DNA of 64,000 nt from Eledone cirrhosa (taxonomy: Eukaryota): assembly GCA_964016885.1 (NCBI GenBank), contig OZ024743.1, forward strand, positions 67,642,001 to 67,706,000. Direction: 5' to 3'. Shown one piece after another: positions 12,471-23,822 of the stretch. A model generated the notes under the pieces. The model did no database searches. It was not told where the DNA came from and saw nothing but the letters and a program-made list of their open reading frames with translations. The position numbers and the translations under genes were made by a program. How positions within the stretch are numbered: the stretch's first letter is position 1; every line of letters starts with the position of its first letter.

Positions 12471-15400
12471 CGCATTCGCAACCTCCGCCCGGCGTTTCAG
12501 TGACAGCTGGGTCTCGGCCCATTTCTGCGTGAAGGAGGCCACCCTGCTCGTCACCTCGCTCCAGTTTTCCTCCATTTGGAGGTCCGGTCCGAACCAGACC
12601 CCGAGCAATTTAACCGGTCCGTCCGTCCAACGCCCCACGACGCTGTCGGGCGGCATGGACATGCCTCTCCAGGTGCCGAGCTGCAAGCCCACCGACTTTT
12701 TCTGGTTTATCTTTGCTTCTGTTACCGCTTCGTATTCCTTGAGAGCGGTGCCGAGCATCTGGACGTATCTGGTGCTTGAAACTACTACGCTGACGTCGTC
12801 GGCGTAAGCCGACTCGGATTTTCCGCATCCTAGTTCGCGTGGGACGCCCCTCATCGCCCCCAGTCAGTGCAGTAACGGCTCGAGAGCCAATACGTACAAG
12901 AGGGACGAGAGGGGACAACCTTGGTGGACCGAGCACATGATGCTGGACGGCTGCGACAGTTGACCGTCCACCCTCACAACCGAGCAGATATCACTGTACA
13001 TGGCAGCGATCAACACTTGAAAACGGGCCCGAAACCGGCTGCCTCGAGGACAGCAGCTAGGTACTGATGGTCGAACCTATCGAATGGTTTGGATTGATCC
13101 AAGTTGATCAGGGCCCCACCCGTTCCAGGTTCCTTAACACCCTCTCTACGATGTATCGCATGAGGTAGAGGTTGTCGTGTATCGATCTGTCCGGAATGGC
13201 GCATGTCTGCACCTCTCCCACCAAATCCTCGACGACAAGCCCCAACCTTGTTGCTAACACCTTGGCCAAAATCTTGAACTCTGCTTTTAGCAGAGTTATG
13301 GGCCTGAATTTATCGATAACATCCCCCTTGTTCAGGTCTTTTCTCAGCAGCGCCACTGCTCCCCGATTCACAAAACTAGGAATGCTCCCGTTCTGCTGCC
13401 AGTTGCAGTAGACGTCTACCAAGAGTTGACCGAACAAGTCTGGCATAGATGCATAAAGCTCGTAGGGCAGACCATCCAAACCTGGCGATTTACCCCTCGT
13501 GCAGTTTGCCATCGCCTCCCGTATTTCACCGGCTGTTATTTGCTTTTCGCGACACTGTGCTACGGTCGTCGAGAGCCGAGGCAGTCCGTCGAGGTATGCA
13601 CTGAAGTCCATACCCCGATCCGACCCGTCGCTGCTCTCGAACAGTTCAGCAAAATGTTGCTGAAAAGCCTCATACATCTGCTCGGGTTCGAGCAACACGC
13701 GCCCGTTTTGGTCAGACAAAGACCGAATTGTGGCTTTGTTGCCACATCGCACTCTGCCACCCGGGCCCATTGGACGGCTTTCGTCCCCTCATGTTTCAGA
13801 GCACGGAGCCTTTGTGTTTTGCGTTGAAGAATTGGTCGAGCACAAACGTCGGTTGCGATGCCTGTCCTAAACGCCTCTTCTAGCTTTCTGACTAGCTCTC
13901 TCTCTCTCTCTCTACTCTATTTTCCTCTATCACTAGTCCTTTGTTAAACCTTATCGCTTCCATTCTAATAGCCCTTTTCAGGGTAAACCACCACCTGTTG
14001 TTGATGATCGCACGCTTAACTAATTCGCTAATCCGGTCTCTGTAAGCTTTGCGCGCCGGGAACGACGCGTTCAGCTTCCATTATACGGGCCCTTAAATAT
14101 GGGGTCTATCTAAGTCAACTTCACAGATCACAAATTTGTGGTCCGTGTAGTCGATTACTTTAAATAGTGGACAACCTGAACTAGCTTTATCTGTTTCCCT
14201 ACAGAATACCCTATCTAGATACGATCTGGATGACCGGATGCAGTTTGTACATGTCCACATTGGCACATTCGAATAATCCCGTCGATACCTGTCAGACAGT
14301 TCAAAACCTCTGAGCAGGTTGTTGAGGCTTTTACACCCTCCTGTCCTATCTACTAGCCCCACATAATCCCAGCGTGCATCTAAGATACCGTTCCAGTCGC
14401 CCACTAACAGTAAAGAGCAGGACGTTCCAAGAAAGTTCTCTAGACGTCTGAAGAAATCTGGCAGTCCTACCCAAGTTGGGGCGTAGACAGCTACTAGCCT
14501 TCCTTCCACGCTTCCTTCCAGGGAGTTGGAGCCCTTCTTCGAGGTCTATGATTCCCGGAATGGCCTCGATGCACGCCTGGTCAGTCTGTATTAGCATTTG
14601 TATGCCTATTCCTGACCAGTTCTCTCTTCCCATTCTCTGTATTTGCAGTATGGTGGTCTTCTCCTCGATTCCAGCCAGTACAGACGCGGTCAGCCAAGGT
14701 ATGGGCACGTCGGGCCGAACCTGGGTCACTTTGTTCCTCACAATTTTCTGCCCGCAGTAGGAGGGCACCAAGACTATCTCCTCACTCTTTAGGGTTTCCG
14801 AAGAGTGATACTTCGCCTCTCGCGAGGTGGTTAAAAGTACGTCTACTGTGGCGTACTTTCTGCCTCGAGTGATGTGGGTTTTGCGCGCCCAAACGCACCC
14901 CAAGGTCTTTGGGATTTGAGCCTCCGATGTGACATTTTGCTTACGGTGCGGTAAGTCACCGTCCATAGCTGCTGGTCCTTGAAAAAATCGGGTGGAGGTT
15001 TCAGGGAACTCTATTGGCGTTTCTTGCCACCATGGCCCTTACGACTGCCATCTCCTCGTCTGTGACTAACACTGTTTTCGATATTTCGGGCCACACCTGC
15101 AAAAGAGGTCGTCCCTTTTTCAGCGCCACCACTATTACTGCCGCTACTGGTCTTGCTGGTAGTGCTGGGATCGCTGTTACAGGTATTGATGTCTTTGCTG
15201 ATGTTTTCGTTGGTACTGTTGTTGCTGTTGTTGTTTTTTTCGTTGATACTGTTGCTGTTGTTACTGTTATTGTGGCTGTTGTTATTATTGTTGTTTTTGT
15301 TGATACTGCTCCTACTATTATTGTTGTTGTGGCTGTTGTTATTGTCATTGTTATTGTCGTTCACGACCTTGCCGCTGTTATTTTTGTTGTTGCTGTTGTT

Positions 15401-15838
15401 ATTGATGGTGTTGTTGTTGATGTTATTGTTGGTGTTGTTTGTGTTAGAAATATTTGGTAATTTTAAATCTGTAACAATATCATTAAATATTATATTTTTC
15501 CTCTTTTCCTTCGTAATATTTTCTTTTATATTTACCTTCGCTAGAACGCTGTCTTGTTGATATGTTGACAAAGTCTCCCTCTCTCTCTTTCTTGTGTTAT
15601 CCATGCTGGAAGAAATGTTTTTCAAATAAAATTTTTTAACATAAGACGACACCCCGTAAAGAGGTGCCGTATTATTTACGAGTGAACCCTGTATTAGGTG
15701 GGTCACCTCTTCTAAACTTGTATCAAGTTTAAAACTTGAATAAAAGGTTTAGAACGGTTGAAAACTAGGTAAACTGTTGAAAACTAGGTAAAGTGTTGAA
15801 AAAAACTGGAGGCGATAAGAAGCGCGGCTCCACCTTCA
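12471..15838 (-). mobile_element. Tx1/L1-clade LINE copy B (probable 5' end present, internal deletion fusing ORF1 to endonuclease, 3' truncated)
   Basis: Asn-rich ORF1 N-terminus 15011..15706, ORF1 core 14346..14966, EN 14093..14509 (LVGDWNGILD, SYLDR, TDHK), RT 13108..13770, 13010..13204 and 12408..12854 (AYADDVSV), ending at AEVANA. Confidence 0.93.
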
Positions 15839-15869
15839 ATAATAATAAATATAATAATAATAATAATAA

Positions 15870-15962
15870 TTGTTTCTACTTTAGGCACAAGGCCAGCAAT
15901 TACCAGTGCATTACTGGTACTTTATTTTATCGACCCGTAAGGATGAAAGGCAAAGTCAACCT
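15870..15962 (-). mobile_element. Partial tRNA-derived SINE (core and tail)
   Basis: Same core as 6424-7547; the head is missing where the R4/Dong fragment begins. Confidence 0.8.
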
Positions 15963-15965
15963 TAA

Positions 15966-16199
15966 TATGAAATCAAGGTCGTCCCGATTGTCATAGACGC
16001 ACTAGGTACTATCTCAAAGAGTTTCCAAGGATGGTGAAAAAAGATTAGTCCAGCCCCGCTTTTTTTTTTCAAAAGGCATGCTTGCTGGGAACAGCAAGAA
16101 CCCTCCGATACGTCCTGAATATCTGAGGCTGCAGGTATCGGCTTGATATTCATTTCAACAAACTTTCCAGTTAAATAACATCAATGACTGAGACTCAAA

Positions 16200-16280
<81 letters not shown>
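15966..16280 (+). mobile_element. R4/Dong-like LINE 3' end with (TAA)n tail
   Basis: Reads EIKVVPIVIDALGTISK..QKACLLGTARTLRYVLNI*, the typical end of an RLE-type ORF, then a short UTR and (AAT)n at 16201-16280. Confidence 0.75.
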
Positions 16281-16283
<3 letters not shown>

Positions 16284-16290
16284 CATCAAT

Positions 16291-16321
<31 letters not shown>

Positions 16322-16419
16322 CGATTGGCACCGGTCCAGATAATGGGATGAAAGAATTGTCGATTAGAGTGAATTCAATTCTTGGTTGGTACTTATTTTA
16401 TCGACACCCAGAAGGATAC

Positions 16420-17270
16420 CAATAACAACAACAGCGCCACCAATGTCCAGACTCATACCATCATAACCACAGCAATAGCACCAAAAACAAAATCAACAAC
16501 AACACTGCCGCCAACTCTATCACCACAACTAACACCATCAACACCACCAACAACACCATTACTACCACAAGTCTAAACAATATCAATAACAACAACGTTA
16601 CCACGACCACCATCACACCCACCAATAGCAACAACAACTATAACAACAAGAACATCACCGCCAATTCCACCACCACCAACAACAAGAAAACAACAGCACA
16701 ACTACTAACAACAACAAAAAAAACAACTTCAACACCATGATCACAACAGCATTTACCACCATCTCAGAATTAACTCCACCAACACCACACGACGCCATCA
16801 CTACACAACGCACATTCTCACCACCACACCACCACTATACAACACAGACCACACTACCAACACACCACCACTACACTACTAACACACTAAAACCACACTA
16901 CTACACAACACACCACCACCACCACACCACCAACACACCACCACCACCACACCACCAACACACCGCCGCACAGTTATTCACCACACACAACACATCACCA
17001 CTACCAGCACACCACATCACACCAACACTACACCGAAACACACCACGACTACACCACCACTACCACACTACCAACACACCAAACCACCGCTAGACACCAC
17101 ACGCCACCACTAAACCACACACACCAACATGCCACCACCACCACCACCACACCCCGCTAGACACCACACACCACCACTACCAGCACAGCACACCACTATA
17201 CCCCGCTAAACACCACACACCGCCACTACCAACACAGCACATCACATCACACGACCACCACCACACCAGT
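16420..17270. repeat. Degenerate (AAC/ACC/CAC)-rich low-complexity tract
   Basis: Direct reading. Confidence 0.9.
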
Positions 17271-17589
17271 GCTATTACATCACTGACCAACTGGCAACGT
17301 CCCAGGTAATGCCAGACAAAGAATTAACCTCTCTAACGAAGACGTAGTTAATGTAGAAAGTTGTTAATGTTGGAATATATTCTAAAGTTGAGGAATAAAA
17401 ATAGATATCTCCATAATATATCGTGAACATATGCTTTATAACTGATATACACTTGATATATTTTATTTTATTACTACACTATTTTCAGCCATTAGACTGT
17501 GGCCATGCTAGGGTGCCGTTTGAAGAGGCTTTACTTAATATTATCGACACATTTCGTAAATATACTCATTGTTCTTGTTATTTACTTCT

Positions 17590-17648
<59 letters not shown>

Positions 17649-18200
17649 TAAAACATGTCTATAGAATCACTAGATAAAATATATACCGTTTCCTCTCCCA
17701 ATTAGCATAATTAATCATATAAAAAATCAATTAGACCAAGCTATAAGAATAAAGGCTCCTATGAAGAAATCTCCGACAAATAACCGAAAGCAGCCCCTTC
17801 GTGGCTTATAACATGGTCTAATTGATTTTTTATATGGTTAATTATGCTAATTGGGAGAGGAAACGGTATATAGACATGTTTTATGATATATAGCTCTGAT
17901 TATTTAATTTATGACTTCTTCATTTAGCCACAACGTGACCCGTTGCAAAACATATATATATATCTATGACTTTATATATATATATATATATGTAAATCTT
18001 TATATGAAATAATCTCCCGTTAGGTTGAGATACAATATGGCTGTTTTGGGCTGCTCTTTCTAGCAATAAGCCTACCAGCCGTAAGCAACTAATCACATCC
18101 TTTCTAACCCTGACCACTGCCACGTCAGGATTCTTAGCCATTTTTGAATGTATTCTTGGCGCGATCACTTTGGAAAATTAATTGTCTAAATTTGAGCTAA

Positions 18201-18274
18201 CTCCTGATGAATCCGAAGCTCTAGATATCCCCTGTTATCGGATGTCTTAAAATACGGACGAAACCATGGTAGAG
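18201..18274 (+). ncRNA. Type I hammerhead ribozyme motif (HHR-1) with extended stem II
   Basis: ctc-CTGATGA-a-tccg..agatatcc/ggatgtct..cgga-c-GAA-ACCATGGT-A-gag: both core boxes, palindromic stem III, GUA triplet 18269-18271, 3-bp stem I; A.C mismatch at the base of stem II. Confidence 0.75.
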
Positions 18275-18556
18275 GTAAGTAAATATGTACACATTTCTTC
18301 TAGTTTATTTTACACCTAATTCTGTTTAGTTGACTGTATATCTGGTCGATTTATACATGCTGTCGGAATGTTCGATAAATACTCCGTCGTAACCGCCGCG
18401 AAGGGGCTGCTTTCGGTTATTTGTCGGAGAGTTCTTCATAGGAGCCTTTATTCTTATAGCTTGGTCTAATTGATTTTTTTATATGGTTAATTATGCTAAT
18501 TGGGAGAGGAAACGGAAGATATTTTATCTAGTGATTCTATAGACATGTTTTATGAT

Positions 18557-19939
18557 TATCTAAGGCGGGTAAAATTCCCGAGACCCATGGACGAGTTCTC
18601 TCCAGCGGTCTCTATCCCTCATTGTCGCTGCCATGTCCTGCGTCTCCAATAGACCAGTGTCTATCCTTAGGGCATCAACATACGTTAACCTTCGTCTTCC
18701 TCTTCTAGTGTGTCCATGTAGGGGCTCCCAAAGGAGCACTGAGTGCATGTCCAGCCAACCTCAGTCTCCACTGTGTCATTTTTGTGCTGAATTTTGGGAT
18801 GCTCCCATACAGCTCTGAGTTTTAAACCATCAGTGTATACTGATTAATGTTCAGAGACATCCTCAGCATTCTCGTGTAGCACCCATCCACCATCTGAGTG
18901 AGTTTCTTGGTCAGTGTCCAAGTCTCAGACCCATACAGCAGCACAGACTCCACTACAGCAATGAAGAGGCGGATTTTCAGGTCTCTACGAAGGTCCGACT
19001 TCTACAGCGATCTCAAGCTGTGGCACGCTGCCCAGGCCTTGCTGTTCCTCTCAACCACATCATCTTCCGTATTCCCAATATTTGCTCCCAAATACAGGAA
19101 GTCCTCAACCAATTCTAGCGGCTTCCCGCCTACATTAGTGATCCCCTCTGACTTCTCAACATTCTCTACCAGATATTTTGTTTTAGTCTCATTCATTCTC
19201 AGCCCAACACTCATCGACACAGTCTCAACCTCCCGCATCAAATCCTCTGCCTCCTTCACTGTATTTGTCACCAACACTATGTCGTCGGCAAACTCAGCAT
19301 CCGATACCTTTTTCGCCTTAACTCTCCTGCTCTGAGCCGGTGCCACAGTAAAGCCAGAGTCCTGGTGTTTCTCCAGTGCATCAGACGTGATGAAGAGGTG
19401 TGATTTTGATGATATCATCCTGGGGTTCTGTAACGGGGCACTGGAGAAAGGAGTTGCCCCGAATCAGTGGAGGATCAGTAACATCGTCCCAGTGCCAAAG
19501 AAGGGAGATCTCTCTAACACCAACAACTACAGGGGGATCTCACTGACGTCACTTGTGGCAAAGACCCTTAACAGGATGATTCTTAACAGGATGCAGCCTG
19601 AGATGGCGAAGAAGCTCAGGGACAACCAGAACGGCTTCAGAGAGGGTAGATCAACCACCAGGCACATCCTGATGCTGAGGAGGATATTAGAGGGAGCTAG
19701 AGTAAAGTTCCTTCCTGCGGTCATGGTTTTCATTGACTTTAGGAAGGCCTTTGATTCTGTGGACCGTTACTGCCTGATGAAGATCTTACAGGCTTATGGA
19801 ATCCCCAAGAAGATAGTGGACCTGATATCACTGCTCTACACCAACACCAAAGCCCAAGTCATTACACCTGATGGGATGACAGAGTTCTTTGAGATACTGG
19901 CTGCAGTGCTCCAGGGAGATACATTGGCTCCCTACCTTA
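18557..19939 (-). mobile_element. 5'-truncated, 5'-inverted RTE-clade LINE with TTATGAT target-site duplication
   Basis: 3' part on - (18557-19386: AEFADDIVLV, FLYLG, HGHTRRGRRRLTYVD..RDRWR); upstream RT part on + (19387-19939: NYRGISLTS, QNGFREGRST, FIDFRKAFDSV, LQGDTLAPYL); TTATGAT at 18550-18556 and 19940-19946. Confidence 0.92.
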
Positions 19940-20048
19940 TTATGATATATAGCTCTGATTATTTAATTTATTAATTCTTCATTGAGCCACCACGTGAGCC
20001 GTTGGAAAACACATATATATCTTTGACTTTATATATATATATGTAAAC

Positions 20049-20095
<47 letters not shown>

Positions 20096-20208
20096 GTTGT
20101 AATAAAATGAAAACGAAATTTCATTTCTCACTCTTAGTACGGCACTTACTTAAATGTAAGTATGTATGTATACGTACATACATATATGTATACAGACGTA
20201 CAGTAGCA

Positions 20209-20274
<66 letters not shown>

Positions 20275-20322
20275 CAGGTATACATACATATATGTACGTT
20301 CAACCATCTGGCAGAAGGGTAT

Positions 20323-20365
20323 ACGGTGCTGATGATAGCTAACAAGCTTGAAACTAGTACATCGT
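20323..20365 (+). ncRNA. Minimal type I hammerhead ribozyme motif (HHR-2a)
   Basis: acggtg-CTGATGA-t-agct-aaca-agct-t-GAA-ACTAGT-A-catcgt: 6-bp stem I, 4-bp stem II, palindromic stem III, GUA triplet 20357-20359. Confidence 0.82.
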
Positions 20366-20516
20366 TCCTGTGTTAGTGTTGAACAAAAAGGTGACGTGGT
20401 TGCCTTAACAACGTACAGCATAAATTCAGGCTGTTCAGTTTGTTTACAAACGAACAAAGCGGGCGCTATAATAAGCGTCCGCTAAACTGATACGTACATA
20501 TATGTATGTATACCTG

Positions 20517-20626
<110 letters not shown>

Positions 20627-20862
20627 TGCTACTGTACGTCTGTATACATATATGTATGTACGTATACATACATACTTACATTTAAGTAAGTGCCGTACTA
20701 AGAGTGAGAAATGAAATTTCGTTTTCATTTCATTACAACTCATCGTTTTCGGTGCGCCTGACCGATTTAACTCACTCGATATGCAAATTAGGCTGCTCAG
20801 CCGTTAATTTTCATAAGGAAAGTATATACTTTCGAACGTTCAACCATCTGGCAGAAGGGTAT

Positions 20863-20905
20863 ACGGTGCTGATGATAGCTAACAAGCTTGAAACTAGTAC
20901 ATCGT
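20863..20905 (+). ncRNA. Minimal type I hammerhead ribozyme motif (HHR-2b), identical to HHR-2a
   Basis: Same sequence 540 bp downstream; GUA at 20897-20899. Confidence 0.82.
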
Positions 20906-21056
20906 TCCTGTGTCAGTGTTGAACAAAAAGGTGACGTGGTTGCCTTAACACCGTACGGCATAAATTCAGGCTGTTCAGTTTGTTTATAAACGAACAAAGC
21001 GGGCGCTATAATAAGCGTCCGCTAAACTGATACGTACATATATGTATGTATACCTG

Positions 21057-21108
<52 letters not shown>

Positions 21109-21161
21109 TGCTACTGTACGTCTGTATACATATATGTATGTACGTATACATACATACTTAC

Positions 21162-21210
<49 letters not shown>

Positions 21211-21275
21211 AGCAAGTGTGGTAACACCAGAGTACTCGATTCTTTGGGTAGTAGAGTGGGTAATAGCAAAATAGA

Positions 21276-21371
21276 CAGGACCCCGACGGTAGAGCTCAAG
21301 CCGTTTCGACGGCTATTTTTTAGTCGAGAAAGAGCCGTCAAAACGGCTTCAGCTCTGTGGTTGGGGTCCTG
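21276..21371. repeat. Long GC-rich inverted repeat (~39-bp arms) with nested palindromes
   Basis: CAGGACCCCGACGGTAGAGCTCAAGCCGTTTCGACGGCT pairs with AGCCGTCAAAACGGCTTCAGCTCTGTGGTTGGGGTCCTG. Confidence 0.9.
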
Positions 21372-21437
21372 ATCTTTTCCTCTCTCTCTCTCTACATAAC
21401 ATATATATATACACACACACACACATATATATATCTA

Positions 21438-21480
<43 letters not shown>

Positions 21481-21589
21481 GACTCTGCTTCAGACGTTAT
21501 CCGCCCCTGTTTTTATGTGGCTGTTTTTTTCATCGAACCACTAAATTTCGGGAGATAAACAGACACAAGCGTGGGAAAAGATGCACAGA

Positions 21590-21672
21590 ATCACATACAA
21601 ACACATACAGAGACACGCACACACTCACACACAGAGACATATACACACACAGAGACATATACACACACAGAG

Positions 21673-21767
<95 letters not shown>

Positions 21768-21826
21768 TACACACACACACAGACAGGCACACACACGCAC
21801 ATATATATATATATATATATATATAT
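21590..21826. repeat. (CA)n, ACACACACAGAGACATAT minirepeat and (TA)n
   Basis: Direct reading. Confidence 0.95.
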
Positions 21827-21911
21827 CAGGATAGAACCAGTTTAAAACTATTTAGATCATTACCCGATAGCATACTAGGGGCAGTAGAGTATGATTATAT
21901 TATAAAGAGTC

Positions 21912-21963
21912 GGGACCCGACGGGTGAGCTGTTGCCGTTGAACTAGCTCAGTCGTTGGGTCCC
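21912..21963. repeat. GC-rich inverted repeat (19-bp arms) related to 21276-21371
   Basis: GGGACCCGACGGGTGAGCT pairs with AGCTCAGTCGTTGGGTCCC. Confidence 0.88.
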
Positions 21964-22094
21964 AAATCTTCATTACATATATATATATATATATATGTAT
22001 AGAGAAAAAGGGGAATTGGAAACAGTACCGAAAATATGCTTAAAGGATCTGTTTTTCTTTTTTTTCTGCTTTGATCCTTGAAAGTGACATTATT

Positions 22095-22263
22095 GGCAGT
22101 AACGGTAGAGGGTTGGACGCCATGTATTGACGTATAGAGTTACGACCCTTGCTATTCTGAGTTCAAATTCCGCCGACATTAACTTTGACTTTCATCCTTA
22201 CGGGGTCGATAAAATAAAGTACTAGTAATGCACTGGATAATTGCTAGCGTTGTAGAAACAATT
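22095..22263 (+). mobile_element. tRNA-derived SINE
   Basis: A-box-like TGGCAGTAACGG, B box GAGTTCAAATTCC, core CTTTCATCCTTACGGGGTCGATAAAATAAAGTAC. Confidence 0.85.
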
Positions 22264-22518
22264 ATTGAAGAAATGAGAGGAAGCATTTTTTTTTTTAAAA
22301 AGGAGTTTTATAATGTATATAAAATATATAAAATGTAACTGGTTTCGTTGTATCGGTGTCATCCATCTTATCAAATGTTGAATATTGCAATTAAAATGAA
22401 TTAAAATATCGTTAAGAATTAAACATTAAAATTAAGTGTTGAAGAAGGTCTGTTCATCTTTCTTGTTGAAAATAATTCTTGGTCTAAAATAAAATTATAT
22501 ATAGAGAGAGAGCGATAG

Positions 22519-22583
<65 letters not shown>

Positions 22584-22597
22584 GGTGGTGGTGGTAG
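22519..22597. repeat. (TAG)n(TGG)n microsatellite
   Basis: Direct reading. Confidence 0.95.
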
Positions 22598-23142
22598 TTG
22601 TGTCGTTTCACAGAACAAAATTATTTTTAGGGAGAGGAAATGTTTCTGTATATGAGTATATCCCAATTGTGTTAAAGGACTGGTCAAGAGTTCTGATGGG
22701 GGTGGCGAAGAGGGGAAATGTAAGATAGAGACACTTGCTATACACTCTAAAACCGTATTCCTAAAATAGTAAAACCGAATTTCTTTTACAATCCTATACA
22801 ATTGACAACCCTATATACCTCTTATCCTACTTCATAAAGCGTTAAACTAATCATTGTTCTTTATTGTTCGTCCATATTGTCTTTTCTACCACAAATATGA
22901 ATGTATTAGCTAATCGACTTTATTCGGGCTTAATATATATATTGTTTTAATATCTAGTAAATATAATATTTAATCTCTCATATTCGATGGGCGAATTTAA
23001 GCATGTAACATACAACTCTAAATATATAAAATATCATTATACTTGAAGAAACATTTGTACGAGCACGGGATACCATTAATCAATTGTACATTAGAAAACC
23101 AACACGACTATGTCCATTTAGTAGTAACATTTTATGAAATAA

Positions 23143-23320
23143 TTGTTTGTACTTTAGGCACAAAGCCAGCAAATTAACCAGTACATTACTGGTACTTTAT
23201 TTTTATCGACCCCGTAAGGATGAAAGGCAAAGTCAACCTCGGCGGGATTTGAACTCAGATCGTAAAGGGACGTAACTATGCCGTAAAGCATGGCGTCCGA
23301 CCCTCTACCGATACTGCCAG
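23143..23320 (-). mobile_element. tRNA-derived SINE
   Basis: Near full-length match to the copies at 6424-6650 and 7365-7547. Confidence 0.88.
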
Positions 23321-23454
23321 CACGAACAGTTTTTGTGGGATGATGTCTCATTGAACCCTGGTGAAACGTGTTATATTTGATTGAAACTGATAATAATATA
23401 AATCGTATTCATCAGTTGATTTTCATATTTTAGATATGTTGAGTATTTTACGCA

Positions 23455-23585
23455 ATATATTGGCTGGTCTGGCTTGTGAATCCAGCACGATCAGTTGAAG
23501 AGGGTTGCTTCTCACAGGACCCACTGGAAGGAATGTTTGAGGTCTCTGCCCCCACGACCCACTTAGTAATAAGTGGGTGAAGAAA
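23455..23585 (+). mobile_element. RTE-like LINE 3' end fragment
   Basis: Homologous to the reverse complement of 6070-6190 (GATCAGTTG.AGA.GGTTGCTTCT.ACAGGA..TGGAAG.A.TGTTTGAGG..CTGCCCC.ACGA). Confidence 0.6.
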
Positions 23586-23649
23586 AAAACGTATAGTTTT
23601 ACACTATTTAAGAAACATGGTGTTTTATAGCTATAACTATTTAGAATAA

Positions 23650-23822
23650 TTGTCTCTACCTTCGGCACAAGGTCAGCAATTACGCAGTTTATTACTGGTA
23701 CTTTATTTTATCGACCCTGTAAGAATGAAAGGCAAAGTTAATCTCGGCGGGATTTGAACTCAGATCATAAAGGGACGTAACTACGCTGGAAAGCATGTCT
23801 GACCCTCTACCAATACTGCCAA
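23650..23822 (-). mobile_element. tRNA-derived SINE
   Basis: Same B box, core and tail as the other copies. Confidence 0.88.

Larger units (their letters stand above)
17641..20055 (+). mobile_element. Hammerhead-bearing non-coding repeat family 1 (retrozyme/Penelope pLTR-like): inverted partial copy plus ~1.3 tandem monomers, interrupted by an RTE
   Basis: 17641-17805 is an inverted copy of 18395-18556; 17805-18005 is repeated directly at 18453-18556 plus 19947-20055 (period 648 bp); hammerhead at 18201-18274. Confidence 0.75.

Noticed and set aside
19774-19790. CTGATGA inside the RTE fragment
   Set aside because: Coding sequence (CLMK); no stem II or GAAA follows.
20781-20788. Octamer ATGCAAAT in the family 2 monomer
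   Set aside because: A single 8-mer in AT-rich DNA with no supporting promoter elements.
22330-22380. Possible degenerate minus-strand hammerhead (TTGATAA..CGAAACCAGTTA)
   Set aside because: Two core mismatches and no stem I complementarity.
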